From NCBI GenBank assembly GCA_036609835.1, contig GCA_036609835.1_4358.1: a DNA stretch of 44,717 nucleotides; one strand, 5' to 3'. How positions within the stretch are numbered: the stretch's first letter is position 1; each line of letters starts with the position of its first letter. This DNA is from a phage. The position numbers were made by a program, and so were the translations under genes. Under the pieces are notes generated by a model. It saw only the letters and a program-made list of their open reading frames with translations. It searched no databases and was not told the origin of the DNA. Shown here one piece after another: positions 8,926-18,235 of this stretch.

Positions 8926-10056
8926 ATGGCCCGGAAGAAAATAACCGACGAACAGTTGCAGGAAGAATTGAACGCCGGTATGAAGAATGTAGATATCGCC
9001 CGTAAATACGGCATCTCAGACCGCGTTATTCGTATCCGTAAAGCGAAGCTGGCTAAGAAAGGCGTAGGCCACGGGCGCGACGTTAGTCACCTTGTACCAG
9101 ACGGTTACAAGATTAAAGGAACGTCGTCCCTGGTGGACGAGTTCGGCAACACTAAGTTGCAATGGGTTAAGACCGACGCTGATGCCGAACGTCAGGTTGA
9201 ATTGATGAAAGCCGTAATAGAGGGCATGAAGTCAGAGATTACGCCCGTTGCGCCTGTTAAACCGGCACGAGCCAAACGTGACGATAAACTACTCAATCTT
9301 TACACGGTATCTGATTTCCATCTCGGTATGCTGGCATGGGCCGATGAGAGCGGCGACGACTGGGACATGAAGATTGCAGAAGACCTGTTCTCTCGGTGGT
9401 TCGACGCGGCGTTTCAGAAAGCACCGGATGCAGGAACAGGAGTTATTAACCTGCTTGGGGACTTCGCACACTTCGATAGTCTTGATGCCGTTACCCCCGA
9501 GTCGCGCCATGTATTAGATGCGGATACTCGCTATCAGAAACTGGTACGTTACATGATTCGTATGGTCCGCCGTGTTGTTGATATGGCGCTGGTTAAGCAT
9601 CACACAGTAAAACTTTTAATCGTTCAAGGTAACCACGACCCTGTTGGCTCCGTATGGCTTGCCGAAATGTTCACGGTTTTATACTCAAACGACAGCCGAG
9701 TGATTGTTGATACGTCGCCGGATGTTTACAAGATGGTGCAACACGGCAAAACGACGCTGTTCTTCCATCACGGGCATAAAGCACGATTCGACGCTATCGA
9801 ACCGGTTATGATTGCCAAGTTCCGTAAAGCGTTCGGCGAGAGTGTTTACAGCTACGCCCACGTAGGCCATCTGCACCACCAGAAGATTGTAGAAAGCCGT
9901 AACATGATTGTTGAGCAACACCGCACCTTAGCGGCTAAAGACGCCTACGCCTCTCGCGGCGGATGGATGTCGGGCCGCAGTGCAAATGTAATTACTTATA
10001 GCGCCGAATATGGCGAGGTCGCACGTTTAACTATTTCACCGGAGATGCTGGGATGA
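8926..10056 (+). CDS. N-terminal HTH domain fused to a calcineurin-like metallophosphoesterase, 376 aa
   Basis: HTH-like NVDIARKYGISDRVIRIRKAK; phosphoesterase motifs SDFHLG, LLGDFAH, VQGNHD, FFHHGH, HVGHLHH in canonical order. Confidence 0.6.
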   Translation: MARKKITDEQLQEELNAGMKNVDIARKYGISDRVIRIRKAKLAKKGVGHGRDVSHLVPDGYKIKGTSSLVDEFGNTKLQWVKTDADAERQVELMKAVIEGMKSEITPVAPVKPARAKRDDKLLNLYTVSDFHLGMLAWADESGDDWDMKIAEDLFSRWFDAAFQKAPDAGTGVINLLGDFAHFDSLDAVTPESRHVLDADTRYQKLVRYMIRMVRRVVDMALVKHHTVKLLIVQGNHDPVGSVWLAEMFTVLYSNDSRVIVDTSPDVYKMVQHGKTTLFFHHGHKARFDAIEPVMIAKFRKAFGESVYSYAHVGHLHHQKIVESRNMIVEQHRTLAAKDAYASRGGWMSGRSANVITYSAEYGEVARLTISPEMLG

Positions 10057-10541
10057 AAGATATTGTAATTTTCGATTTAGACGGGACATTGGCCGACGGT
10101 ACCAATCGCTTACACCTGTTACCAAAAGATAACTACGGAGAAACGTGGGCGTGGAAGCCATTTAACATGGCCTGCAAAGATGACGCTCCGATATACGACA
10201 ATATCCATTTGTGTAGCGTACTGTGGCATTCCGGACTTACTATAATTATCCTTACCGGGCGAAGTGATGACGCTGAGGAGGAGACTCGCGAATGGTTACG
10301 AGAGAATAACGTTAGGTTTGACACGCTAATCATGCGCAGCAAACACGACAACAGAAAAGACATCGTAATTAAAGAAGAGGTGTTGCGTGCTTTCGGACTG
10401 GAAAGAATCTTGTGTGCGTTCGACGACTCTCCAGCGGTAATAAAGCATTTCCGTGACCTCGGCATAACCGCACACGCAGTTACCGAATACGACTGTAACG
10501 GGAACTCTACACACTTAAAACCACACGGGAGCGATAAATAA
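10053..10541 (+). CDS. HAD-family phosphatase resembling the 3'-phosphatase domain of T4 polynucleotide kinase-phosphatase, 162 aa
   Basis: DxDGT motif (IVIFDLDGTLADG), GRSDD, RKDIVIKEEVL and FDDSPAVIKHFRDLGI align by eye with T4 Pnkp C-terminal motifs; ATGA start/stop overlap. Confidence 0.6.
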   Translation: MKDIVIFDLDGTLADGTNRLHLLPKDNYGETWAWKPFNMACKDDAPIYDNIHLCSVLWHSGLTIIILTGRSDDAEEETREWLRENNVRFDTLIMRSKHDNRKDIVIKEEVLRAFGLERILCAFDDSPAVIKHFRDLGITAHAVTEYDCNGNSTHLKPHGSDK

Positions 10542-11095
10542 TGGCTAAGGTAATTATTCTTAATGGCCCTGCGGGTTGCGGGAAAGACACGCTTGCTATG
10601 GCGCTGGTAGAAATGGGCTTTGCGAAAGGAACTACCAGTTTCAAGAATCCAATGTTCAATATTGCTTTGGCAGCGTTAGGCCAGGATGCTTACCACGAAT
10701 TTCTCGACGGCTACGACGACCGGGCGCGGAAAGAAAAACCCGAGGGTTTTCTTAATGGGTTGTCCCGCCGCCGGTTAATGATTGCCATTTCTGAGCAATT
10801 CATTAAACCGGTATTCGGCGATGATTATTTCGGTAAGTATCTTGCTGAAAACTTGCCTGACGGCGACGAAGTTTTTGTAGTGTCCGATGGTGGATTCGCC
10901 AGTGAAGTTGCCCCTATCGTCGCCGCGGGGCATGACGTGCGAATCGTCCGCCTCCATCGTGACGGCTATACGTTCATCTGCGATAGCCGTGGCTATCTGT
11001 ACGATGTTAGTGGTGTAAAAGATTACGACACCTACATCATACCGGGTGACGTTAAATCGAACGTTATAGACATTGCTTTAAAATTAGGTTTGTAA
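10541..11095 (+). CDS. Deoxynucleoside monophosphate kinase-like P-loop kinase (T4 gp1-like), 184 aa
   Basis: Walker A GPAGCGKDT; RRRLMIAISEQF and VFVVSDGGFASEV...VRIVRLHRDG resemble T4 dNMP kinase blocks recalled from memory. Confidence 0.55.
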   Translation: MAKVIILNGPAGCGKDTLAMALVEMGFAKGTTSFKNPMFNIALAALGQDAYHEFLDGYDDRARKEKPEGFLNGLSRRRLMIAISEQFIKPVFGDDYFGKYLAENLPDGDEVFVVSDGGFASEVAPIVAAGHDVRIVRLHRDGYTFICDSRGYLYDVSGVKDYDTYIIPGDVKSNVIDIALKLGL

Positions 11096-11126
11096 GAAAA
11101 AGGCCCCGAAAGGGGCCTTAGTTTTA
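11096..11126. terminator. Bidirectional rho-independent terminator
   Basis: aaaaaggccccgaaaggggccttagtttt: GC stem with A-run upstream and T-run downstream; between convergent kinase and major tail genes. Confidence 0.7.
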
Positions 11127-12296
11127 TGCGTAGGTGATACGTTGAATTACGATAGACGACTGGTACTGATTGCCGGTAGCCTGGCCTTCAATGGACTGAG
11201 TGATTGACTCAGGCCCACCAATCTCAGGTGTAACCGCCGTAAGCTCTGCACGTTTCAAACTGAAAGACATAGCCCCGTTTACCCCTGCCAGAATAGAGTT
11301 AATCTCTACCTGCTGCTCGTTGATAAACTTCTGAATCATCGCCATGTCGTACAGCTTGCCAGAGATAGAGAATGTGTTAGCTGCGCGGCTACGTTCCACA
11401 AAAGCCACATTAGTGTTGCCTAGTTCGAACTGCGCGGACGCGCTGTTATCGTTGGTGATAGTCAGGCTATCGCAACGCAACGGGGTAGCGCCGTCGAACA
11501 CGGAAACGTCAACCGAAGAGAACGGCTCATCACCAAAAGTAACAGATGAGAAGTTGGAACCGGTCGGCGGCGTAGTGAGAATCTCCTGACTGCGACCGAT
11601 GAATGGGAAGCTGCCAGTTACCATCGCGTTAACAGCCTGCTCGATGGTAAAACCAGAAACTTCCACGCCTTTGGTTAACGTGTACGCGTCAGTACCGCCG
11701 CACTGGCCTTTGTACCAGGTAAGGATAGAGAACGTCTTACACGTGTTACCGGTTTCCAGCGTGTCGCCAGTTTTAGCCTTACTAGTTTTTGTCTCGGTGG
11801 TCAGGGTGTGTTGGATGCCCGCACCAGTAACAACCGTAGCCGTTACTGCAGTAACAATAAATGGTTTTGCGTTATCGCCTGTTAAATCGGTAAACGCAAT
11901 CAGGTCGCCTACCCCAACTCCGTCAGTGATAAAGCTGCCGGTGGCACGTGTGAACGTCTTGCCAGCCGGTGCGACGGTAATCGATAGCCCTGACAGAGAT
12001 ACGCCAGCCTGCCACGTAGAGCCTAAAGCCCCGGCTAGCCAGTCATCCTGGCTTTTAGAGCTAAGCTCAATAGCGTATTCTCCGCTAACCTGCTTGTTAC
12101 CGGTGCGGATGGATGTGGTTTCTCGGCTGCCGTCAAGTTCGTTGGAGGTCAGCGTGTCGCGGGTAATGGCAGGAACGCCGCCCGTGTTGCGCAACGGCGA
12201 CCATACCGGGTTAGCCGGTGTTACGCCCGGGGTCACTTCCGCCACATAGAATTGCGCGGTATTCGCGCCCTTAAAAGGAGTTGTAGCCATATTCAC
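11124..12296 (-). CDS. Major tail protein (putative), 390 aa
   Basis: Ser/Thr/Gly-rich ORF between tail completion genes and chaperones, followed by a strong terminator. Confidence 0.55.
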   Translation of the reverse strand: MNMATTPFKGANTAQFYVAEVTPGVTPANPVWSPLRNTGGVPAITRDTLTSNELDGSRETTSIRTGNKQVSGEYAIELSSKSQDDWLAGALGSTWQAGVSLSGLSITVAPAGKTFTRATGSFITDGVGVGDLIAFTDLTGDNAKPFIVTAVTATVVTGAGIQHTLTTETKTSKAKTGDTLETGNTCKTFSILTWYKGQCGGTDAYTLTKGVEVSGFTIEQAVNAMVTGSFPFIGRSQEILTTPPTGSNFSSVTFGDEPFSSVDVSVFDGATPLRCDSLTITNDNSASAQFELGNTNVAFVERSRAANTFSISGKLYDMAMIQKFINEQQVEINSILAGVNGAMSFSLKRAELTAVTPEIGGPESITQSIEGQATGNQYQSSIVIQRITYA

Positions 12297-12709
12297 AGCC
12301 TCTTGGTGAATGCAATAAAGTTAATTGACAATGGTCGTTTGGCCCATCCGTTTTCTACAATCAGCGGCCCCAGGCTAACCGATTGAACCTCGGCGCAGAT
12401 GTCGTTACGTGAAAATGACTTACCTGCTTTAAACGCCGTGTTAAGTAAGTCTGCCATTTTATTGATCGGCGCGCTACCTTTCACCGATGCGTAGTTAATA
12501 TCTACCTGATAGACGCCAGCGCGTTGTTCCGTGAAGAATAAGTCAGCCTGCTCGGTATCCGCCAGCAACATGTAACTTGCCAGATACGGCGTATCTGTTG
12601 ACGTCGGCGCGTCGATGTTTTCAAGCGCTACCTTGATGCCGTTGGTGGTTCCGAAGGCTACCAGCGGCACATCAAACGCTTTTGTTAAGTCCTCAAAGTA
12701 GCCCATCAT
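12293..12709 (-). CDS. Tail completion / tail terminator protein (putative), 138 aa
   Basis: Position immediately upstream of major tail gene; overlapping stop/start. Confidence 0.4.
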   Translation of the reverse strand: MMGYFEDLTKAFDVPLVAFGTTNGIKVALENIDAPTSTDTPYLASYMLLADTEQADLFFTEQRAGVYQVDINYASVKGSAPINKMADLLNTAFKAGKSFSRNDICAEVQSVSLGPLIVENGWAKRPLSINFIAFTKRL

Positions 12710-13101
12710 CTCACCTTGCTAGCTTCTTCGTTAATGAGTTGCTGGAAGCGGGACACGTTAGTCCTGACGAATCCTTGCGGGGCCTGTTGCGACCAGCCAT
12801 ACTCCAGCCGTTGTGCATACGGCAGGTTATTTGTCAGCGTGAACTCATGCCAGTCGGTGGCTTTCAGCACGAAACTTGTAGCGTTTCCTGTTGCTGTGTT
12901 TCCTGATTTATCCGTAGCATCCGTAATCCCGGAAGCAGGAGTACCGCCAGATGCCATCCAGTTCATGCGAAACCGACCCGTATCTACCGGACTCGCCTTT
13001 ATAATAGCGGAAAACAGCTTGATAGACACCTGACGCATCACCTTCTCAGGGTTCTTCTTCGCCTTTTCCACGAACTTAGAGACGTCCAGCGCGAAACTCA
13101 T
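12706..13101 (-). CDS. Neck / tail-completion protein (HK97 gp10-like), 131 aa
   Basis: DTGRFRMNW motif typical of the family as recalled; position in head-tail joining block. Confidence 0.5.
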   Translation of the reverse strand: MSFALDVSKFVEKAKKNPEKVMRQVSIKLFSAIIKASPVDTGRFRMNWMASGGTPASGITDATDKSGNTATGNATSFVLKATDWHEFTLTNNLPYAQRLEYGWSQQAPQGFVRTNVSRFQQLINEEASKVR

Positions 13102-13456
13102 TTTCTCACCTGAATAAAGTAGGCCACAACATCATCGTTAACCACCTTCTTCTCAATGGCTACGACGGACCATTGCTCGCCGCCGAATTGCACTTTGTCT
13201 TCCATCTTAGGAACGACGCTGTAATCGGCTTTAACAATCATGTCACCAGCCTGAATCGTCGTACCGTTCACCAGACCCGCATTAACAGGAACCGGAACGG
13301 CCTTCAACGGCAACACTTCGTCCGCAGACCAGACGTACTCACCGAGAACTTCATCCCACACTTTCGAGCCAGCGCGAATCAGAGATACCGTGCTACCGAA
13401 TTTGGTTAGCAGGCGTGTACCCACGCCTTGCATACGTTTACTGAAAGCAGTGCTCA
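13098..13456 (-). CDS. Head closure / head-tail adaptor protein (putative), 119 aa
   Basis: ATG 13456 overlaps upstream stop (TGATG); position in connector block. Confidence 0.4.
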
Positions 13457-14071
13457 TCAGGCAGCCTCCAGTCTCGAAATAACCAGTAGCGCGGACGGTG
13501 CCGTGCCCCATGCAGTTACAGTAGCCACCTGCGGGTATACGCCTCCGAAGTTAGTCCCGGCGCTATCTCGCATAATCTGAACGGCGAATGTTTGCCCGGC
13601 GGTTGGGTTAATCACTACACGGGATTCAATAGGGATGGTGGTTTCCGAGCTAACAAGTTTCGTAGCTGCTGGTGAGCCGTACTGAGCGCCGTTAATGAGG
13701 ATACGCGACAACAGGATAGACGTTCCGCTAGCGCCGGAGCGACCGGCCTGTAACTTGATGCGAACGGCATAGTTACCCGCGGTGTTGAATGTAACCAGCC
13801 CCGCAGCATTAATCATTACCGGGTCAGATGCACTACCCTGAGCAGAGCCGAACGATACCTGCAACGCCGTATCTACTGCGGTAGGCGCTTGCGCTACTGT
13901 CGACGCAGCGCGGAGAACTTCAACCTCTTTAACACCCGGAGTGGCGTAAATAGGTGAGTCAGCCATCTTGGTTAATACCCCGCGCAACTTCGCAGGCGTA
14001 ATAAGTCCGGTCGTGTTGTCCGGTAGCTCGGAACCGATTAGCGTGAATATCTCTGATTTAGTCTTCGCCAT
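13457..14071 (-). CDS. Virion structural protein of unknown function, 204 aa
   Basis: ORF in head-tail joining block, Ala/Thr/Ser-rich. Confidence 0.4.
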   Translation of the reverse strand: MAKTKSEIFTLIGSELPDNTTGLITPAKLRGVLTKMADSPIYATPGVKEVEVLRAASTVAQAPTAVDTALQVSFGSAQGSASDPVMINAAGLVTFNTAGNYAVRIKLQAGRSGASGTSILLSRILINGAQYGSPAATKLVSSETTIPIESRVVINPTAGQTFAVQIMRDSAGTNFGGVYPQVATVTAWGTAPSALLVISRLEAA

Positions 14072-14073
14072 TT

Positions 14074-14586
14074 TTAACCCCGGTACACGTTAAACGAGAA
14101 ACCATTGTTAAGACCGCCACACAATAACGGGCGTAAAGCGTCGTCAGCAGCGGTAATCGCGGTCGTAGCGCCACTGTTGCCATTGTTGAAGTAGGTCACT
14201 GTTACCGCACCCTCGACACGCTCAGTCTGCACGGCGCGACCGTCTGAGTTAGCCCGGACTTCGGTGCCCTCGCCATATGTAGCGGCAGCGATTACCTGCG
14301 CAAGAATCACCTGTTTCGGAATGGCGTTGTTGACCACCGGGAACCCGTTTAACGTAACGCCGGTGCGGGGGTATGCAAGAGACTGTTCGGCGGATACGCG
14401 GTGGCCACACATCTGAGGTTCTGCAAGCCCGACATAAGTAGCACCGTTGCGCAGTGCCACCTCTGCGGCAGTATCGTCTGCGGGTAACTCAAGACCGTAA
14501 TTAGCCGCTAACGCGCGGGCGTCAGCCAGACTAATGTAACTGTCGGCGTTAGGTACTATCGACCCGTCTTCCACGATTAGCGGCAT
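14074..14586 (-). CDS. Head-tail connector protein (gp6-like), 170 aa
   Basis: N-terminal ISLADARALAANYG...D block resembles the gp6-like connector family signature; position after head genes. Confidence 0.5.
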   Translation of the reverse strand: MPLIVEDGSIVPNADSYISLADARALAANYGLELPADDTAAEVALRNGATYVGLAEPQMCGHRVSAEQSLAYPRTGVTLNGFPVVNNAIPKQVILAQVIAAATYGEGTEVRANSDGRAVQTERVEGAVTVTYFNNGNSGATTAITAADDALRPLLCGGLNNGFSFNVYRG

Positions 14587-14589
14587 AAA

Positions 14590-14769
14590 TTATTCCTCTG
14601 ATTTACGGCGACGACGCTTAGCACCACCGCCGTTGTTGTGCGCTTCTTCGTTGTCCGGTTGAGTCGCAACCAGTTCATCCGCTTCTACCACACCGCGAAC
14701 AGGCATCACCTGACCGTCTACAATATCAACGTGGGTGTACTTTTCGCGGATTACATAATTATCTGCCAT
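14590..14769 (-). CDS. Small hypothetical protein, 59 aa (not in ORF track)
   Basis: ATG 14769 with AAGGAAAGG RBS; basic C-terminus GGGAKRRRRK. Confidence 0.3.
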   Translation of the reverse strand: MADNYVIREKYTHVDIVDGQVMPVRGVVEADELVATQPDNEEAHNNGGGAKRRRRKSEE

Positions 14770-14805
14770 GACCTTTCCTTATTACGGCCCCGAAGGGCCG
14801 CTGTA

Positions 14806-15156
14806 TTAAGACACAGTTGCTACAGTGCTGCTGGAGATAATATTACCATACGCATCGTGAACAACCACTTTATACGTACCGGAGTCGGCGGCAGTGGTCG
14901 ATGCTTTAGCATAGGTAGCTGCGGTAGCCCCGGCGATGGCGTTGTTATTCTTATACCACTGGTAAGAATATGGCTCCAGACCGCCAGTTACCACTACGGT
15001 AAGAGTCATAGTCTGCCCCACCGTAACTGCGGTGGTAGCCGCAAGCGCGGTAGAAAAAGACGCTGGCGAGATATTCGCCATATCGATTTCAACCTGACCA
15101 TCGGCAGGAGAATCATCAGAAACACCGGTAATACGACGTTTGATTACATCAACCAT
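14806..15156 (-). CDS. Ig-like domain protein (putative capsid decoration), 116 aa
   Basis: C-terminal TLTVVVTGGLEPYSYQWYKNN...GTYKVVV resembles bacterial Ig-like domains. Confidence 0.5.
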   Translation of the reverse strand: MVDVIKRRITGVSDDSPADGQVEIDMANISPASFSTALAATTAVTVGQTMTLTVVVTGGLEPYSYQWYKNNNAIAGATAATYAKASTTAADSGTYKVVVHDAYGNIISSSTVATVS

Positions 15157-15168
15157 TTTTAAGCTCCT

Positions 15169-15468
15169 TTAGCTTACGGTTCCTGCGTTTTTAAGCGCAG
15201 TCAACAGATCTGCTACGGTAGTGCGCAGCGCGGTAACATCGGTTCGGAGTTTGTTGTACTCCGCTACAAGGGCGTCGAACTCTTCCTTAGTCGGTGCCGC
15301 GGCGGACTGCACCCCGGCGGCGGCGGTAATGGCCCCAGGTGCAGTCACAGGAGCTGACTTTTTAACCCCACCAACTACGCTGGTAGTAGCAGGCGTGACT
15401 GGGATATCAAAGTCACCGAAGTCGACATTCTGAAGGCTGCGCGGCAAGCCTTTTCCGGTCTTAGCCAT
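15169..15468 (-). CDS. Hypothetical head-associated protein, 99 aa
   Basis: ORF directly downstream of major capsid gene and its attenuator hairpin. Confidence 0.4.
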   Translation of the reverse strand: MAKTGKGLPRSLQNVDFGDFDIPVTPATTSVVGGVKKSAPVTAPGAITAAAGVQSAAAPTKEEFDALVAEYNKLRTDVTALRTTVADLLTALKNAGTVS

Positions 15469-15491
15469 AATTTACCTCTTAGTAAATGAAA

Positions 15492-15511
15492 AGAGGGACC
15501 GAAGTCCCTCT
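15492..15511 (-). terminator. Hairpin attenuator / terminator after the major capsid gene
   Basis: agagggaccgaagtccctct perfect 8-bp stem; T-rich run follows on the minus strand. Confidence 0.5.
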
Positions 15512-15527
15512 CGATTATAGCTTAACC

Positions 15528-16577
15528 TTAAGCACCGACACCAGTTACCAGGAAGGCAATCGGTACGTGCTTACGGTCAACAACACGGTTCCAGTTGGAG
15601 GCGTTCGCCAGGTCCTGCCAGGAAGCAGAACGTGCGACAGTCTCGGTGCCGTTACCGGTGATTACTGCGCTGGTGAAGCTGTATCCCAGTGGGTGCAGTA
15701 ACCAGGTCTTACGGGTCCACAGGGTTTCTACACCACCGCCGTTGCCTCGGGATGGTTCGCGCTCGTATTCCAGCGGGTTGGACGGAGAACCTTCACCGTA
15801 ACCGATAGCGCCGTTGCCGAAGATGACGGAGATGAACTTACGGTCATTACCAGTACCGACTACGGTCATACTGTCGTCAACAATCACGCGGTAGCCCTGG
15901 TAGGTGGCGAACATGGTGTTGTTGTCAGCGTCTTTGATGAAGTCAATAAGCTGCTGCTTACGGGCCTGCGCATAAACGAAGCTATGCATCGCGATAGCGC
16001 CTAGCACTTCACCGCCGTTGCCCATCAGCGCATCACCCATAGTCTGGGTAGCGTCGATGAACGCGCCCGCATCGAAGCCCAGAGTAGCAGACACGTCGAT
16101 AACCATGTCGTTCTGCTCGTGGTAAGCATCGGTAGCAGCTACGTTGTCGTTGTACAGACCGAGCGCGGTAGCAATCAGACGGCGTTGTGCCTGGCGCTGC
16201 CAGAAGTTATCCAGACGGGACGCTACGGATTGCAGCGGGTTCTGGCTGGTCAGTTCGACAGTCAAATCCGCCTGACCGAAACCTTCGTTCAGGTATGCAA
16301 CGCGGGCCATCATCTCACCGGTCTGCACGTTACGCGGGGTGGCGATGTCCTGGTATACGTCGTTCGAGTAGTTCGGCTCGATAGAGGTATCAATCGCTTT
16401 CCAGAAAGGAATATTAGCGACGTTGGACGGGCCGCGGGCAATCTCGGCGGCGTATGGGGTCGGGGTGAGAATACCAGACTGGAAGAACGCGGTTTTTTCT
16501 ACCGGGTCCTCGGTCATATAAGACGCCAGGACCGGGATGTTGCCAGTTACGATATCGCCGATAGTGGTAATTGCCAT
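15528..16577 (-). CDS. Major capsid protein, 349 aa
   Basis: ORF after scaffold gene, followed by attenuator hairpin; size and position typical of an HK97-fold capsid protein. Confidence 0.7.
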   Translation of the reverse strand: MAITTIGDIVTGNIPVLASYMTEDPVEKTAFFQSGILTPTPYAAEIARGPSNVANIPFWKAIDTSIEPNYSNDVYQDIATPRNVQTGEMMARVAYLNEGFGQADLTVELTSQNPLQSVASRLDNFWQRQAQRRLIATALGLYNDNVAATDAYHEQNDMVIDVSATLGFDAGAFIDATQTMGDALMGNGGEVLGAIAMHSFVYAQARKQQLIDFIKDADNNTMFATYQGYRVIVDDSMTVVGTGNDRKFISVIFGNGAIGYGEGSPSNPLEYEREPSRGNGGGVETLWTRKTWLLHPLGYSFTSAVITGNGTETVARSASWQDLANASNWNRVVDRKHVPIAFLVTGVGA

Positions 16578-16579
16578 TA

Positions 16580-17281
16580 TTATTTCCTCAGGGCTTTAAG
16601 TTGCCGTTCAAATTCGGCAGGGTTCGATTTATACAGGGCTAAACGCTCTGCTTCACTCATGTCTTTAAACGCTGGTGCGGCCCCGCCGCCTTTGCTACCG
16701 GAAGCCCCGCCGCCGGAAGCTGCATTTGCTTTGATCAAATGCGAAAACGCCTTGTGTTCGCGCAGGTATTTGCGGAACTGTTCCGGGTCAGTCGTGATTA
16801 CGTTACCGTCTGCACCAACAAACTTAGTAACCACATCATCGCCTTCGAACTCAGTCTTAACGAACGGCGCAAGAATGTCCACTGCTTCTGGGGTAATAAA
16901 GTCACCCGCGAAAGAGCCTAGCACCGCTTTACGTTCGCTGCCGAGGATACGCTCTGCCATTCTGGAGATGCGACCGTCTTTCTCGGCTAACACCGGGTCA
17001 TACTGGCTACGAATCGTCTTTTCGAACTCATCCATCTTACCAGCGGCTTTTAACGCCTCCTGGTGCGCGCGCTGCCGTTCTTCTTCGGCCTCTTTTGCTT
17101 TGCGAGCGGCTTCTTTCTTCTCCGCCAACAATGCTTCCTGATTAGCCTTAAGCCCGGCAACTTCTTTCTCAATCAGCGCCTGAACTTCTTCAGCGGTGAA
17201 CATTTTCGGCGCGTCACCGCCACCAGCTTTATCTTCTGCCCCAGCTTCTTCCTGGAACGGATAACGTAAAAAACGATTCAT
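16580..17281 (-). CDS. Scaffolding protein (putative), about 234 aa
   Basis: Charged alpha-helical sequence (EKKEAARKAKEAEEERQRAHQEALKAAGK) immediately upstream of capsid gene; ATG 17281 chosen. Confidence 0.55.
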   Translation of the reverse strand: MNRFLRYPFQEEAGAEDKAGGGDAPKMFTAEEVQALIEKEVAGLKANQEALLAEKKEAARKAKEAEEERQRAHQEALKAAGKMDEFEKTIRSQYDPVLAEKDGRISRMAERILGSERKAVLGSFAGDFITPEAVDILAPFVKTEFEGDDVVTKFVGADGNVITTDPEQFRKYLREHKAFSHLIKANAASGGGASGSKGGGAAPAFKDMSEAERLALYKSNPAEFERQLKALRK

Positions 17282-17363
17282 AGTCAGTATGTCCCCTGGA
17301 CGTTGGAACCCGGGCCACCCGGATTTACATGTCAAGAATAAATTATTCCAACATGCAAGGCAA

Positions 17364-17627
17364 CTATTCCAGAATATTCCTCACATAATCCTGCAACTGG
17401 AATACTTTCAGACGCAGTTGCCGCACGCATTCGGCGTTCTGAACGTCTATAGCCAAATCCTCGTCAGCATCGCTACTTGGCGCTGCCAGTTTGCACGGAG
17501 GCTGCATCATCGTCGTATCCGGTAATGGAATTAGCGTTTGCGACGGCGCGGGACTTGAGCAGGACGCGAGCATCGTCAAAAGTGCACACGCTGCGACCAG
17601 GCGTTTTAATGTACTTAACGACTTCAC
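17364..17627 (-). CDS. Outer-membrane spanin (Rz1-like lipoprotein), 87 aa
   Basis: Lipobox LTMLASC then Pro-rich SSPAPSQTLIPLPDTTMMQPP; starts inside the i-spanin gene in another frame and extends past its end. Confidence 0.65.
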   Translation of the reverse strand: MKSLSTLKRLVAACALLTMLASCSSPAPSQTLIPLPDTTMMQPPCKLAAPSSDADEDLAIDVQNAECVRQLRLKVFQLQDYVRNILE

Positions 17628-17859
17628 GGGTAATCACCTCTGATTTCGTCTTGCCTTCGTTGTCAGCGGCGGCGGCCTTTGATTCATCCTGCTGCTGCCG
17701 TTGTGTTTTCTTCGCTAACTCAGCCTGTACTTTCTGCTGTTGCTGCGAAACGAGATTCGCCCGGCCTTCGTTCCAACCGCTGCGATACCGGTAGATGCCG
17801 TGTGTGTAAGCCAGGATGATGAAACATGCTCCTGCCACGACAGTTGCTTTAAGATTCAT
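17473..17859 (-). CDS. Inner-membrane spanin (Rz-like), 128 aa
   Basis: N-terminal TM helix ATVVAGACFIILAYTHGIY, then Gln/Lys-rich coiled coil; overlapped by Rz1-like ORF. Confidence 0.65.
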   Translation of the reverse strand: MNLKATVVAGACFIILAYTHGIYRYRSGWNEGRANLVSQQQQKVQAELAKKTQRQQQDESKAAAADNEGKTKSEVITREVVKYIKTPGRSVCTFDDARVLLKSRAVANANSITGYDDDAASVQTGSAK

Positions 17860-18179
17860 GTTTCCCCCTTTCTCGATAAGTAAAGCCCCGCCTTAAAGCG
17901 GGGCGCTAGTCCTTATCATTTAAACATAGAAACGGCGTAATCTCAGTAAACCCGTTACTTTTTACACAAGCAATAGAGTATGGCCCTTCCGAACGCGTCA
18001 GCGTAACTACACTCAGGACTTACGTCCCGCTCCGTTACCTGCCCGCGCCGCGGTCGCTTGTTCATACTTCACAAGCTCAGGTGGAGCTTATCATATTTTT
18101 AGTGAAAAGTCAACTATTCGAATAGTTTATTCCAACATTTACAATTCGGAGGAATAACTGGAATACGTAAATAAATAGT

Positions 18180-18208
18180 TTGCACACCCCAATATAATAG
18201 GGTACTAT
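18180..18208 (+). promoter_or_regulatory. Sigma70-type promoter TTGCAC-N17-TACTAT, near-identical to the one at 8627
   Basis: ttgcacaccccaatataatagggtactat followed by AAACAGGAGG RBS and ATG 18236. Confidence 0.6.
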
Positions 18209-18235
18209 TCAGTTAACTTAAACAGGAGGTGAAAA

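Noticed and set aside
11599-12249. 216-aa plus-strand ORF
   Set aside because: Antisense to the major tail protein gene.
16119-17141. 340-aa plus-strand ORF
   Set aside because: It lies antisense to the major capsid and scaffold genes; Ser/Arg/Ala-rich low-complexity translation typical of a reverse-frame artefact.
17331-18137. Repeated TATTCCAACAT / TGGAATA motifs near the spanin genes
   Set aside because: Matches are only 11-13 nt, which are expected by chance several hundred times in a 44-kb genome; partly inside coding sequence.
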